Assembly (NCBI GenBank): GCA_040954595.2 | Contig: CM082598.2 | Coordinates: 868,001-932,000 of the forward strand | From: Balanoglossus misakiensis | Lineage: Eukaryota; Animalia; Hemichordata | Length of the DNA: 64,000 bases | Direction of reading: 5' to 3' | Shown here: piece after piece, positions 24,901-37,317 of the stretch | Layout of the letters: each line of letters opens with the position of its first letter | Numbering within the stretch: the stretch's first letter is position 1 | Notes under the pieces: model-generated | Database searches by the model: none | What the model saw: only the letters and a program-made list of their open reading frames with translations | What the model was told of the DNA's origin: nothing | Program-made: the position numbers and the translations under genes

Positions 24901-27900
24901 GTTAGAGGGCACACTGCCCAGGCCAGAGCTGACCCATTTCAAACATAACTGATCTGGACTATACGGTAATACGCCGTCACTCAACAACCCTGATATCCCT
25001 ATTACGGTCAAATTCCCACCAAGAGCAAAACGACAATTCCAGTGTACGTACCAATGGGATTACTTATACCACCATAATTGTCACTAGAACCTGCAGTGAC
25101 AAGTTGATACGCCTCCATGGTATCATTGCTAGTCCTCCGATATGAACCATTCATCTCCAAAACCACATGGAATTACAATAAGGATCACACCTGTACCAAA
25201 TCTATCCAAAACCACGTACACTGCAGGAGTCTGACCTGCCTACTGAGTTCTGGTATCTGCACTTTGGGTCACTGATCCACTTCAGCGCAGACTTATGTAA
25301 TTTGATGGAATCTTGTAACTTGGTTACTACATTGAACATTAACTTCAATTTTATTTGAGTTGAGCAAATCTAAGTAATCATAGATAATTCAAGATGCACC
25401 TGCGATTGTCTAAAATCTACAAGTATATACCTCAAGCAACAATCTTCTTCAAAACTATATGTAGAATGTAGGAACATATGTCTGTCATTTGGCAAAATGT
25501 AGGGTAATCTAAAGGTCCATCATCACCTGACCACAACAAAGGTTCAGGGTGTGTCTTTTACTAAAAAATATGTTAATGATTCCATGATAAGACAAAAACA
25601 CGTGTGGTAGTACTGCAATTTACATCGCCATCAATTCATCATAATGTTCAATATTTATTGTATTCGCGTACATGTTTTGATCGACAACAGGTAATATAGC
25701 TGTACCAATCCCCTCCCGATCTGTCATGTAACTGGACGGTGAAATGTGTGTTAGGGTCAATGGGTGTGTCTTCAACATACAAGTATAATGACTAACAAAT
25801 GTAGAGGGTGTTATCTTGGAGAAGGTCAGTCCAAGGAGAGTGGGTGATACTAGCTTAGTCATTTGAAATCTGAGTGCTGGATTCTGAACTACTCTTGAAA
25901 TCTCATGTGACTTTTGAATCTGTGACATACCATACTGGTTTTAAAGACAGCACATTGTTACAGACAATAACCACACACAAAGGGCTGTCAAAAACTATTT
26001 GTATGATAAAGGATGTACACATCACAGATGTCAGCAATGTGGAGCCTCTTTGATGTATTAAAATTTCTATAAATAAATGATGATCATAGACAACATCATG
26101 CATAAGCACTGCCCAAATAACCCTTTCACCCCCATTTCTCTGTGCAGGGGTCCAACTTTACCATAGAAAACAATGCATATGGACTAAACCAGATAAAAGA
26201 AATTGTTTCTTAATATTATGGCAGCATTTATGGTTATGGCCCCTTATGATGGTCTATTGGGGTGATTTAAAAAGGCGACATCAAACAGGGACCTGTCTGT
26301 AAAGACAACATTGCCTCATTATCAAGCAACCATCAGATAAAACACAAGACTGAGATATGATTAGGGAATGGGGGACCCTGATATGACAAAAAGCATTAGA
26401 GCTGACGTCCTAGTTGTGTTATTAGCAGTTATCATTGACAGGTCGATATAATCAACAAATGAACATCCTTCGTTGAAAACCATACAAATAGACATACTTG
26501 ACATGAAATTACTCACTGTCTGCGTGGCAATGAGTTCTATAATTTAAAGATAATTACATGTCTTGTTAGTGAATTATGGGCGATAATTACCAAGGGACAT
26601 GAAGGTTATAATAATATGAGGCCTATTTTCATTCTCTACGAATTCTGAATTCTAACTAGCAATGTGTGACAATTGCATTCCTGCTTTGCTCTGTGAACAT
26701 ACACATCATTCCTGAATATATTTTCATGAATATACCATAACAGCTACCTCTATTTTATTTTAATCAAGGAACTAATAAAAATTGGTGCGAAACTGTAGGC
26801 CATCTGTTTATCTGCTTACAAAATAGACAGTCCTTGGAAATATATTTTTATGCATTGCCAAGAAGATACTTGTTTTGCCCATATGTTTTTGTTTTTTATT
26901 ATCTGCATAATCTGAAATGAACATACTGTTGACTTCCATTTTGGAGTTGTCCATTTCGTTCACTGTAAAATAAGACCAGAAGCTGACACACAATTTATAG
27001 CAATGAAACAATTATGAAAGTAGTAGGGTTAAGTAGATATGAGAGGTGAAACAACCATAAATATTTGAAGTTTTGAGTGATGTAAATAAAGATCAGTAGC
27101 AACCAGAAACGCCAATTACTTCTCCATAATCATTTGACTCTCAAAGTTCTGCAAAACTGTACTATTTCCCCTACTGTTTTGGGACCACCAAATACTCAAT
27201 AAATTAACCCTTCATCACAAACTCAAGCCCCCACCCCCAATCATTTGCACCCACCCCAACTAGACTGCAACACAGTTGACACCAACAGATATTGTGTGTT
27301 AATACTACAAGTTGACAAATCTAGGTGCAGGATTTTAAATTAGCCTTTGCAAGGCAAGATGATATTGTTACTGATCCCTTGATCTCTGTGATCTCATAAT
27401 CTGGTTAACACAGGTCATGAATTATTCCTGTGCTAGGCACTAAAACATTTATTGTTATGTCATTATGCTGTAAAATTCAGTGATATTGTGTTTATGAAAT
27501 TTACACATGAATGAGTAGAAATGCTTGCAATTTCAGTACCAAACAAAAGAACTGCTAAAAAGTGTTAATGAACATTAGGAATGATGCTGTAGCTTAGCTG
27601 TATAAACCTGCTAACTTTCTTTTATTATGCAAAATAAATTCAGTCTTTGATGCTGTTTAGTATTTAGATATGTAGTTCATGTATTGTACATTGCAAATGA
27701 ACAACTCTAACATAGGCATGTCCCAATTGGTGTTTGACTATGATCGGGGATATAGTGAAATGAATTAGCTGTGGAATGTACATGGGTGTGTATAGTGCAA
27801 TTTCACTTGTGTTATTGATAGTCAAGCAGACACGCCCCAAACAAGATCGGTTGCGCCACACCCAGTCCAGTGACCCGAGGGTCGGTCACTACGAACAGAA

Positions 27901-28583
27901 AATACAGCCAAAAAGCTCAAAAGTCACGTTAAGAATTCGTTCCCATACAATAGTAATCACAGAAGGGAAGAAGCCCTACGTTACGTAACAACGCATAATT
28001 TCGATAATACAATGTGTGGGCCATTCACGCTGAACTTGGGCTGTACCATTATATGGTGGGGAGGGCCCTATTTATGGTATGTTTTGATGTAGGCCTATGC
28101 CATGTCGATTACACACCCAGTAGGGGAGTAGGTAAATATGTCGGGATTATTTCATGAAACGGACACGATCGTCTATATCTTGTCAGAATATTGTAGGTTT
28201 TCCTTCGTTGTATTTCACAACAATGTCACTAAAACTGCGAACTTTGACCCTAATTCACAAAGGCCTGGAAAGTGTTAATGAACGACTTCAAAGTGTTAAG
28301 TACAGTTGTACATATGAGATATGTTCATTACTTAAAAACGTACGTGCAATTTTTTAAAGTGCTCGGGATATATATGAATCGATCACTTACCGATCGGTGG
28401 GGGATTTTGATCACTTCCCAAATTTTGCATTTGGTAGTTATCGAATCCAGTGACATTAGCCATGTCTTCGTCGCTGAAATCTCCAAACGCTGCATGAGAT
28501 GCTAAGGGTACCCCACTACCCGACCTCTTAGCGTCATCGCCAGTGAGAGTTACTGCGCCGACTCTGTTAGACCCGAAGGACAT
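6415..28583 (-). CDS. Anoctamin/TMEM16 family Ca2+-activated channel/scramblase (ANO1-7-like), about 972 aa for the longest isoform
   Basis: Phase-consistent exon chain: 28583-28391, 24120-23930, 20113-19910, 19703-19605, 19414-19281, 19084-19027, 18794-18740, 18526-18414, 18237-18173, 17753-17615, 17267-17166, [one 61-nt exon], 11674-11592, 11360-11298, 10513-10439, 9992-9828, 9545-9509, 9331-9220, 8970-8916, 8683-8586, 8487-8348, 8131-7979, 7778-7726, 7412-7219, 6885-6780, 6585-6415. Family motifs present: [88 protein letters not shown]. Confidence 0.95.
6953..7144. mobile_element. Non-autonomous inverted-repeat element (MITE, Kolobok-like ends) in an anoctamin intron
   Basis: About 60-bp arms AAAGGGACAAAGTC...GATACAAGACA (6955-7013) and TGTCTTGTATC...GACTTTGTCCCTTT (7084-7142) with about 3 mismatches and TTAA-like flanks. 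Confidence 0.75.
7613..7706 (+). mobile_element. piggyBac-like MITE copy (~85 bp)
   Basis: CCCTTCCACCCCCAGTTCCCTCT...CCATGGTGGTGAAAGGG. Confidence 0.8.
12351..12411 (-). CDS. Anoctamin mutually exclusive TM2 exon D ([20 protein letters not shown])
   Basis: 61 nt, TAG acceptor, G|GTAAGA donor, phase 0 to 1, homologous to the anoctamin FDNxxTVxF...W segment. Confidence 0.9.
13119..13903. mobile_element. PIF/Harbinger-type MITE (element 13122-13900, TTA target-site duplication)
   Basis: TIRs GGCTGCATTCACAAACACCTCTGGAGGGGGGG...CCCCCCCTCCAGAGGTGTTTGTGAATGCAGCC flanked by TTA on both sides. Subterminal TTTTCAAATCCCCCC repeats and an internal duplicated block; no transposase ORF. Confidence 0.9.
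14069..14129 (-). CDS. Anoctamin mutually exclusive TM2 exon C ([20 protein letters not shown])
   Basis: 61 nt, TTCCAG acceptor, G|GTGAGT donor, phase 0 to 1. Confidence 0.88.
14406..14498 (+). mobile_element. piggyBac-like MITE copy (85-bp core 14410-14494)
   Basis: TTAA-CCCTTTCACC...GGTGAAAGGG-TGAA; the best-preserved copy in the window. Confidence 0.85.
15270..15900. repeat. Degenerate ~200-bp tandem repeat (about 3 units)
   Basis: ATGCAAAGAAA(T/A)AC..., TTATTTAG(T/A)GA(T/A)AA and GGTAATGGATA...CAAGAGATGC blocks recur near 15385, 15581 and 15796. Confidence 0.75.
15938..15998 (-). CDS. Anoctamin mutually exclusive TM2 exon B ([20 protein letters not shown])
   Basis: 61 nt, TTTCTTTACAG acceptor, G|GTGAGT donor, phase 0 to 1. 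Confidence 0.88.
16832..16892 (-). CDS. Anoctamin mutually exclusive TM2 exon A ([20 protein letters not shown])
   Basis: 61 nt, TTTAG acceptor with pyrimidine tract, G|GTATGT donor, phase 0 to 1. Confidence 0.88.
17057..17143 (+). mobile_element. piggyBac-like MITE copy
   Basis: CCCTTTCACCCCCAGTTC...GTCCAACTTTTCCATGGATAACAATGGATTTGGAC...GGTGAAAGGG. Confidence 0.8.
17320..17570. repeat. Low-complexity TCTATAG(A)-rich degenerate repeat (similar patch at 9715-9790)
   Basis: Many copies of TCTATAG, CTATAGAT and ATAGAAAT. Confidence 0.6.
18894..18981 (-). mobile_element. piggyBac-like MITE copy, reverse orientation, diverged
   Basis: TTAACCCTTTCACCACCCTGGTTCAGTC...GAGGGAACTAAGGGTTAAAGGG. Confidence 0.7.
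21466..21528 (-). CDS. Candidate alternative first coding exon of anoctamin ([21 protein letters not shown]), GC-AG donor
   Basis: GCCATGG Kozak context, 21 open codons, donor GAG|GCAAGT, phase 0 matching exon 20113. CpG-rich, with a TGACGTCA (CRE) site at 21630-21637 upstream. Confidence 0.6.
21936..22100. repeat. Compound (TACA)n/(CA)n microsatellite
   Basis: Long catacatacata run with an internal cacacaca run. Confidence 0.97.
22994..23053 (-). CDS. Candidate alternative first coding exon of anoctamin ([20 protein letters not shown])
   Basis: AATATGG start context, 20 open codons, donor CAG|GTACGT, phase 0 matching exon 20113. Confidence 0.5.
26118..26191 (+). mobile_element. piggyBac-like MITE copy, 3' truncated
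   Basis: TAACCCTTTCACCCCCATTTC...GGTCCAACTTTACCATAGAAAACAATGCATATGGACTAAACCA. Confidence 0.78.
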
Positions 28584-31014
28584 CGAGATCGATTAATAAA
28601 TCTGGGCTCTCTTTTATCAATTTCTCCAAGCGAGGTTCCCCAAGATTATTTAAAATATACTGATGTTTTCCACAAAAGATCGTCTGCTTCGACGGTGTTG
28701 TCAAGTTTATATGAGTTCTGCTACACTATTTGGAGTTTAAGTTAATGTTTGATGACACCCATAAAAACATAGCGACAATCCTAGAGATTTATATGATATC
28801 AAAGGGTGACCCATCAGTCATGACATGTCCATGGACAGACTAGACTTGTGTACACAGTTACCATAGTATGTCAGTTACTGTAAACATTTGATCCATCCAG
28901 ATTGCAATATATCAAACAACAGAAGGCTATAATAAATTTTAACAATAACCCTCAACTATAACAGATAATTTAAGGGTGGGAAAAAAGTCGAACTATTTTC
29001 TTGTCAACCTAGTGTACTCAGCTACTGCATTGATAAACAAGAAAAGGGTAGTTTTTCAGGTGATATCAACTGACGCAGATGTATTTAATGTCAAGACCAA
29101 AAATGTTTGATGTGGATCTGATGTCGTATTTGATTCTTTTTGGTTGCCATAGAAAGTTGATGTGAATTAGGGGACAATGAAAGCTTAGAGGAAGTTGCAT
29201 TTATTGTGGATTTTTAAGCTTATCACTTCTCGGTATTTTCCAACACAATTTGAATTACGTCATTCATACGTCATTTAAAAAGATGTTCTCAAAAATCTGT
29301 AAACAAGGTGAAGGTTTTTGTTGAGTCACTCAACTATTTGAATCACAAGATAAACACCCCCCCCCCCCCCACAGTTGTGCCTTTGTGTGGACATAAACAC
29401 CTGGGTTTGAAACAACCCAGGTGTACTTTAAATGTGTGTTTATCTCATTGACTTTTTCAGTCATTCATCAGGTAGCAATGCCAGATATTATAATGAAACA
29501 AACATAAACAGAAATCTCACTCTGGTTACCAGGACACAAAGTGCGCCATCGACGTCAATACGATTCATTCACAGACAGGCATACCAGAACACACAGCAGG
29601 AACGGGGAAAAAACTTCTCAGACACAACTTTGAGTGTTCAAACATCTAAAGTATTTCTTTTTAATGTACACATAAGATATAAACAATATTTACTTGAATG
29701 TTCCAGACTAAATCTTTCAAACACAGACAGTCAAGTCCTGAAGAATATTATGACAATTATCTGAATTGTTGGTTCATTACCAGGTTTGATCATTACACTG
29801 AGAATTGGCTGTAACTGCAATAAACACAGAACTGTGAAAGAAATCAGGCGAAATCATTATATTGTTTTAAACAGAAATTGCATTGCTTTTCTTACAAAAG
29901 TATTTTGAGATCTGAGTCTGTTTTCTTCTACAAGAAATAGATTCCCTAATGTAAAACAAAGGAAACACATAAAATCAACTCAAGGGGAGACATACTCGTG
30001 AGTTCTTACAATAAATTAACGAGACAGTTAGCAGATTGATGAATAAGAGAATAACAAAAGCAAATGAAGTATTCAATAAAGTTTGGAATAACAGTGGAAA
30101 CCGAAAGGAGTGTTTGGACGGATGGATAAAGTACGGGGATAAAATAGTCAAATATTTAAGTTGTGAAAGGGTTACAGAGCATCAAGATGGTGGATGGGGA
30201 GCTTTGTTATCCCAACACCAGAACTTCACCTATCATTATTGTATCTTGGTTTAACCCTAGTGTTATCAATTACTTTGGTTGGATCCAAGTCCATGGAAAG
30301 GGGGTGGCAGGGGTGACCAATGTCAAATACGAGTCAGGATAGAGAACAGAAATCTCTGGATATAAAGGTTGCACCTGAGATCAGTTGTTTCTGAATCTCT
30401 TGTTTCATATTGTGCGCTTTGCTGTTCTGCATTAAAACTTACAAGTAAGAATGACACTAAACCTTAGAACGATGGTCAAAGATCATTCATGTTACTAACA
30501 GAGTGTTTTTTTTTAAGCTGACAGAGTACCTTTTAAAACCCAAAAACTGAAAATCAAGGTGAAAGAGTAAAAATATAGCACAGAAAACAACTAGATCAGT
30601 GAGAATAAAAATGTAGGCCAATAAATATATTTACTTAGCTCAATATAGATCGTTGTGAACAAGAATTAAACTCCAAACTTACAATAATTATTCATTGAAT
30701 AACTACAATCATAATGTCCCATGATGTGTGTTGTTTGTTGTCATGGAAATGACTGTCTGTATACAGAAATAGAATTTTGAAAAAGACTGACAAAAATCCG
30801 GGCAAATATACACGACTGGTGATCATAAATAAAAGGATCAGCATATCATACTTGATGATTGGTTTTTTGAATGTTTCGGAGCATGAGATGCCACCTGGTG
30901 CGTGTCTCTTCATGCAAATTTAGTAAGAAGCTTGTGAGTTGTTGGAAAATATGTAGCAGTACTAGAAAAGTTTGTAAAGCTGGCTATTTGCTGTATGGAC
31001 ACTGTCAGTCATTT

Positions 31015-31105
31015 TTACCCTTTTCACCCCCACTTGCTTGTATAGAGGTCCAAGTAAACCATAAAAAATAATGGATTTGGAACAAACCATGGTGGTGAAA
31101 GGGTT
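31015..31105 (+). mobile_element. piggyBac-like MITE copy
   Basis: CCCTTTTCACCCCCAC...GAGGTCCAAG...AAACCATGGTGGTGAAAGGGTTA. Confidence 0.8.
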
Positions 31106-31679
31106 AGTTAAAGCTGTATTGTCTGGAACTCTGAGTCAAACTTAGGAAAACTACAAACCTTCTGCTGTCAACTAGTTTATGAAAAAAACAAAAACATTCA
31201 TCACTTCATCAGTTCAGGCGCTTATCACTCTTAATAATACTGCTGTGACATCACCCAAATCAACTGCGAAAACAAAAGACTGTAGCACGTTTTGAAAGTT
31301 CTTGTAAAACTTCCATAATGGACAGATTCAATGAAGATAAAAAAAATCACATTTCAAGCTTGACATAATTTAATTATCATTCAAGTCTGGGCTTTACATC
31401 AAATTATTTCAAAGTTGGAAGAGACTGAACACTTTGAATCTATTTTACAATTTTTGTCCCCTCTACCCTCCCGATATCACAAATTGTGTGGATTCTATTT
31501 CTCCACATTACAGCTTTTTGTCTTACTCATTTCATCTCTTTCTCTTTTGTAAATGAAGTAGAAAATTGGACACACATACACGCACACAAAATCTCATCTC
31601 CTTTTCAGGAATGCTGACTATATAATCATTGCCAGAATCTCACTCACAACTTGAGTTAACTCACAATATCTTGGTTGCC

Positions 31680-31772
31680 TTAACCCTATCACCCCCAGTT
31701 CCCTCTATAGGGGTCCAATTTTACCATAGAAAACAATGGATTTGGGTCAAACCATGGTGGTGAAAGGGGTAA
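31680..31772 (+). mobile_element. piggyBac-like MITE copy
   Basis: TTAA-CCCTATCACCCCCAGTTCCCTCTATAGGGGTCCAA...CCATGGTGGTGAAAGGG-GTAA. Confidence 0.85.
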
Positions 31773-32381
31773 CTGGCACTTAATATGAGCGTTTACGTAA
31801 AATCCTCATGAATCTCATCATAAGCATTTGAGTTAGCACATAATAGCAGCTGACTGGCAATTTTATAAGGGGGAAAATCTGTGATATTGCATCAGCTCAT
31901 TTGAGTTTGTAATATTCTGCAGTCGTACAAAATTGTGAGTTAACCTGGATCCTGAGATGGAATTGCCAGTTAGAAATGAACTTCTTATGATAAAACGCAA
32001 GATTCAAATAATGACACGTTGAACTTTCTTTAAGATAGTTAGTGAACTTGAAACTTCATGGTTGGATGAGGTGTATTGATTGGTCCATTTGAGGTGAGGT
32101 TTGGTTTCAACTCGTAATCGGACATGAAGTTCATTAACTCGCAATATCATATCAAGGCCAAGGAATACCCAGTCTTCTGTGAGATTCTATGTTCAATCAC
32201 ATTCATATATAAAAATTTGAGGCTCTCACAAAGTGAAAACCATATACAGAGTATAAATATTGTCTTGGACTGAAACAGATTCCAGAGTACAGCGTTTCTT
32301 TCAGTAACACTGCAAATGCTGTCAATTACTGGAGATGTTCCAATCTCTTTGAAATTCTGGACCAGTTTTATACGAGCTCTC

Positions 32382-35300
32382 CTACGATCTTGTAGCAGTT
32401 TCTTTCTCTTCCTTATCCTCTGAGTTTGGTGCCGTGTCCAATCCACTGTCAGATGACAAGTTCAAATCATCAAAATTCTGAAAGTGCAATAAACGTTTCC
32501 TTGAAGTTAGTACATGTACATGTATAACATTCCCAAGTTGGAGAAACCTTAAGTAAAATTGATAATAATGACTTTATAAATATTGCTTCACCTATTGGCC
32601 AAAGTTTTTGGTTCCACCCAACTACATATGTGGTGCATGGTTGAATCCACACACACAGGTATAGGGGTGGAAGGGTGATCTTACCTCTAGTTCTCTCATG
32701 ACTTCATCCATGAAGTCTGTGCTCTTCTCCTTGTATTCTACAGATAGTTTAATTGCTTGCCTAAATAACTGCAATGTAAGAATAACATTCAATGCCTTGT
32801 TAAATAGAAAACACAGCCCATCGTACTAAAACTCTGTAAACCCCATTTTGAAGTACAACGGTCCAACCTAACACTGAAGACAAATCACCATGGCAACACT
32901 TTGTATCTGACCGATAAAAAAGCAAGTTCTCACCTTAACTACATTTGTACCATCTGATGCAGACACAAAATAAAAGTCCATATTATGTTTCTTGGCAAAG
33001 TTGAAAGTTTTCTTGGTTATATTATAATCCACGTCGATTTTATTAGCAGCACATATACAAGGAATAGAAGGTCTGTATTCTCGAAGTTCTTTATACCAAT
33101 TAAGAAGATTTTTATATGTTATTTTTCTTGTTATATCAAACACCTGTGAAATAAACAAAGAAAGTGATTCCATGAAAAAATACCATTAATGTGGTCGCAG
33201 CTTCATTAAATTGGATTGGACACAAAATTAGGCACATGCACATTAGACGATCGTTGCCCTTTAAACAGTACCGGTATGTAGTGTTGTCCGCTAAGTTTTA
33301 CAATTCTTTGCAATATCAGTGCAAGTTCTGTGATGATAAGAAAATTCACCTTGAGAACACCAAATGTAGTTACTTACAAGTATACAGCAATGTGCTTGAT
33401 GGTAATATGAAGGATGCATACTACTGAATCGTTCCTGTCCTGCCGTGTCCCAGAAATCTATAAGGGAAAACAAAAACATGGTACATGTATAAAGGAAATG
33501 GTATAAGCCATTTTGTAGGACAAAATTTGACTATAATTACTGGCACCAAATTATTTATTTAGAAGAAAAAAATGTCCAGATTGGCCACAAACATGCAACT
33601 GGCCCAAGATTTCTTCGTCTCTTAGTACACTTACCCACAGTAACTTCTTTGCCGTCCACAGTTGTGTTGTATCGAAATAACGTCAATGCATATGTTGATA
33701 ACTGCTGTGGTTGGCTGAATCATTGATGTAGAAGGAAAATAACACCCACTACCAAGAAAAGGGTTGCTATAGATACCATGATGATGTGTTGTTTATTTTT
33801 ACGGTAAAATGCAAATGTCTGACGAAATAAGAGTGAAAATGCACTGCACTTTTCAAGTAGTACTCAACCCACTTAAACTGGGCTTTGATAAAGTTGTAAT
33901 GTTAAGAAGCCATTATTTTAATTGATTAATGGATTTGAAGAGTTATTGTGGTCACATCTTCATCATGATGAGTAGAAGACACAAAAATGCCCAAAGCTTT
34001 TTAGACAAATACTACCAGTAGGAGTAATATACATAAAGCTGTGTAAAGGATACTATCCGTCCATTAGAAAGCGTTCAACTAATCTGTAAAAGGAAGACAA
34101 GAAAGAGGAAAAATATTAAAATGATGAATTATATTTTAAGGCAGACAGGCTCTTCACTTCTCAAAATGAATAATTATTAATGATTGGTGACAAAGTATCA
34201 CAAGATAAAATCTAGACATGAAATTTATTTCTAAAATTCATCCTTGATAATCTTAATCTCCATAAAAGTATCCTTATGATACATGATATGCTGTCATAAA
34301 TATTAATAATATTTCCATGAGATCTGTACAACATGAAATATGGCTTAATGACAAAACAGGTACATGTGTGTAAAATATACCTTACTGAAATGCATTTGCT
34401 GAGAGAAAAAAACTAGAACCTCTACTTTTCTAATACTAGGGATATTGTGAAAATTTTCTAATTGTTTTAATTTATTTTTTTGGTATCATTTACTCTAAGC
34501 ATTGTCAAACTGTTCATCGCAATCACTTTAAATCGGACAAAATGTATACATTTCATTTGTGAAATGTTTAACTACATTCACAGTCAGATCAGTCTCAGAA
34601 TTCCACTGGCTTCATACTGGCCTGAAGTTATAAAATCAACTAAACTGGACCTTTTTTTAATGTCACTAACAACTGTGGAACTCTACACGACATCAATAGA
34701 TACCGACTCTATCAGAGGCTTATGCAAACTTATCTCTGTTAAGTAACTCATGATTTCAATATTTTTTCCTTAGGCTAGGATATAGTTTTACGTCAGCCTT
34801 CTATATTCAACTGGTATTTTTGTAAAGGCTGGTTATAAAGCTGCAGAAATGTTGTCATGGTTACATAATCATTTTATGTCAGTATTTCTGATGTCATGAC
34901 CATGTGACAATTTATTAAAACTTTGTGTATCCATAGCAAGAGAACATGGACATCTAATGAAAAGGTCAATGTATATTTCTTCTGTCGATATTGATATCTC
35001 GTGACTTGTGTTCATTCTTCTATATCACGAATGTTTCCTGTAGTTGCTATGGAAACATGAATGAACAATTTCCATGGAAACATACATGAACAAACTGTAC
35101 GGTCCACTGGACTGATGGGAAAATGTTTGACCTTAGTGACATATAAAGGGTATGCAAAGCTAGGCAATGAGAAATGTACAACTGTACTAAATGACAAATT
35201 ACTTCTATACACAGAATAAAAATACCGACAATATGAAGAATTTTACAGACGCAACCAAAAAATTCAAATTGGATGATACTTTGTCTTTCCTAGATATATA

Positions 35301-36869
35301 GAGTCTGGAGTTTGTTGTTTGTGCATCAATTATGTCTGTCTTCCACTGCATGCAACTGTACAAAATAATTGGCAAATGTAGAATGCTCTCCACAGACTAG
35401 TTAATTCCTTTGAGAAAAGCTTAAATAGAACCACGGTAGACAATAATTAGAACATTCAAGAGTGACATTACTGACAAGGCACTGACACGAATAATAACTA
35501 TCAATCCCAAAGGATCAATTATTAGCCGCATGTGCCATTAAACATAAGGTTCCTTGTGCATAGAAATAAGGCTGAGGGAGGTAAACTACATCAATGTCAC
35601 ACTAAATGCAATTATTTCCTATATATGATTGGTTCAATCTCGCGTCAAGTAATACATGTATGGTGATTACAAGTTTCAACATTTCAAGCCTCTCACAATT
35701 CCAGGTCTTTTCAGTGGATTTCAAAAGAATTCTAGATCTATGAATGAATGGACAGCCTGTTGACCTGAAGCAGTATGCATGGGGCATACAGTTTAAGCAA
35801 GACAGGATTTCGAAAAGGACCTTTCCATTCCAAGAGCTGAGCCACTATTTGGATGCTCTCAAGGCTGTGTGATTGATTATTCTGGATTCAGTGAACAATT
35901 TGGTCTGATCGCTCAAGGTAAGAAAGGCTATAGTAGACTTAAAACATATAATTGGTCCCATTTGGGGAGAAAATCGCAGCTTAATGATGTCTGTCGATGT
36001 GTGTGTCGTATTTCAACCCCAGTTGAATTACCGAGAAACACTTAATGAAGTACCAGTTTAATGATGTAAAGGGATATGAACCTTGTACAGGAAATTAAAC
36101 GATGTTGAAAAGGTATTGTCCCAGAACAATTTGTAATTGTATATTATCTTTAGCTTTTCCTTATAGCATCCATGAACGATGTACACAAACAGAAAAATCA
36201 TGTTTTATTTTTTTACTGGGCTTTTAATGGCAGTATGAGTATAATATGTAATGTACATATGACTGAACCTCGACAATACCCAGTTCGGTTAGCGCCGGTA
36301 TTTCAAATCCTTGAGATGGATGGCTTACATAACCTGTTTTCCAAACAAGGCACAACCATATATATCTTACTACAAATATGCTGATTAGATTTACTGTACC
36401 AATATTGCAACGCCAAACAGTTATATGCAAAAGACTTCACACTGCATCATGTCCGTTGCCATGTCCACGACTTGTCAAACGGAAATCGACAATCTCGAAT
36501 CGTGTGTGTGCCTCCAAGTGTAAACTAAACGATCACTGTCATTTTCGGGAAATCGGAATAACAGAGTCGAGGTAGTTTATGACTGGAAACGATCAGAAAC
36601 CGAGTTTGCCGCATTCCGTTAGTAACAGAGCAACATGTACACAGTACGCCGATCGTTGAGACGAGACTGTGTTATTTATGCCGTTGACGACACGCTCACC
36701 TGAATGTTATTTATTTGAATATCACACTCTTCTACAGATCAAACAATCAGTATAGATATGAGACTTACTTCGATTTTCCTACTGCTGAATCGCCTAGGCA
36801 TATTACTTTTACCGAATTTTCTCTGTCGATTTTTGCGTTTTCCGGGTCTGTACCTGAGGTTTCCGCCAT
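32382..36869 (-). CDS. RABL2: Rab-like protein 2 (ciliary/IFT small GTPase)
   Basis: Seven exons: 36869-36769, 34083-34054, 33714-33635, 33457-33378, 33143-32934, 32768-32685, 32477-32382. They give KVICLGDSAVGKSKLVERFLMDGYQPQQLSTYALTL...DFWDTAGQERF...ANKID...FVSASDGTNVVK...DFMDEVMRELE, with no C-terminal prenylation cysteines, as expected for RABL2. Confidence 0.95.
33715..34053 (-). other. U12-type (minor spliceosome) GT-AG intron, RABL2 intron 2
   Basis: The 5' splice site is GTATCCTTT (U12 consensus). A TTTTCCTTCTAC branch-like motif lies about 13 nt before the AG and there is no pyrimidine tract next to the AG. Confidence 0.85.
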
Positions 36870-37317
36870 CTTTGCAAATATGTGCGCTTTGAATGCTGGG
36901 AACTCCGGCGCCACCAACGCGACGCCGGAGGGCGGTCTAAATTTAGGGCCCGGCCATTCTTCTTTACAGTGGGGGGGGGGGGGGGTATATATATGACCAT
37001 GGAGCTACCAACACAATCAATCGATCTCGCTTTAATTGTCAAACTAGATCAGTTTCAACCAGTATGATTACAGCGTCTAAGCGCGCGCGTCTGCAACTGA
37101 CACGTCGATGTTTATTTACGGTAGACTGGCCTCAGTTGACCCTAAATGACCCAGGTCACTCAACATATGTGGCTACCGTCATTTTTAAAATCACACATGT
37201 AGTTCATCTGCCGCTGCCAGGAAGTCAAACGATAAAAATTCCCCTCTCTTGGCTTCTGTACTATCCAACGCACCATTTCTTCGGAATACGCGTCGTGTTC
37301 CGCGTTGCGCTGGATGG
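36870..37317. promoter_or_regulatory. Bidirectional promoter region RABL2/UFSP1
   Basis: Divergent start codons about 450 bp apart; CpG-rich; AAGATGGCGG (YY1-like) overlaps the RABL2 ATG; CAGGAAGT (ETS-like) near 37218. Confidence 0.7.

Noticed and set aside
24700-25350. A/C-rich stretch resembling a decayed retroelement
   Set aside because: No recognisable RT or endonuclease motif and no long ORF; cannot be supported without a database search.
29432-32446. Short ORFs between anoctamin and RABL2
   Set aside because: No recognisable domains or spliceable chain; probably RABL2 3' UTR and intergenic sequence.
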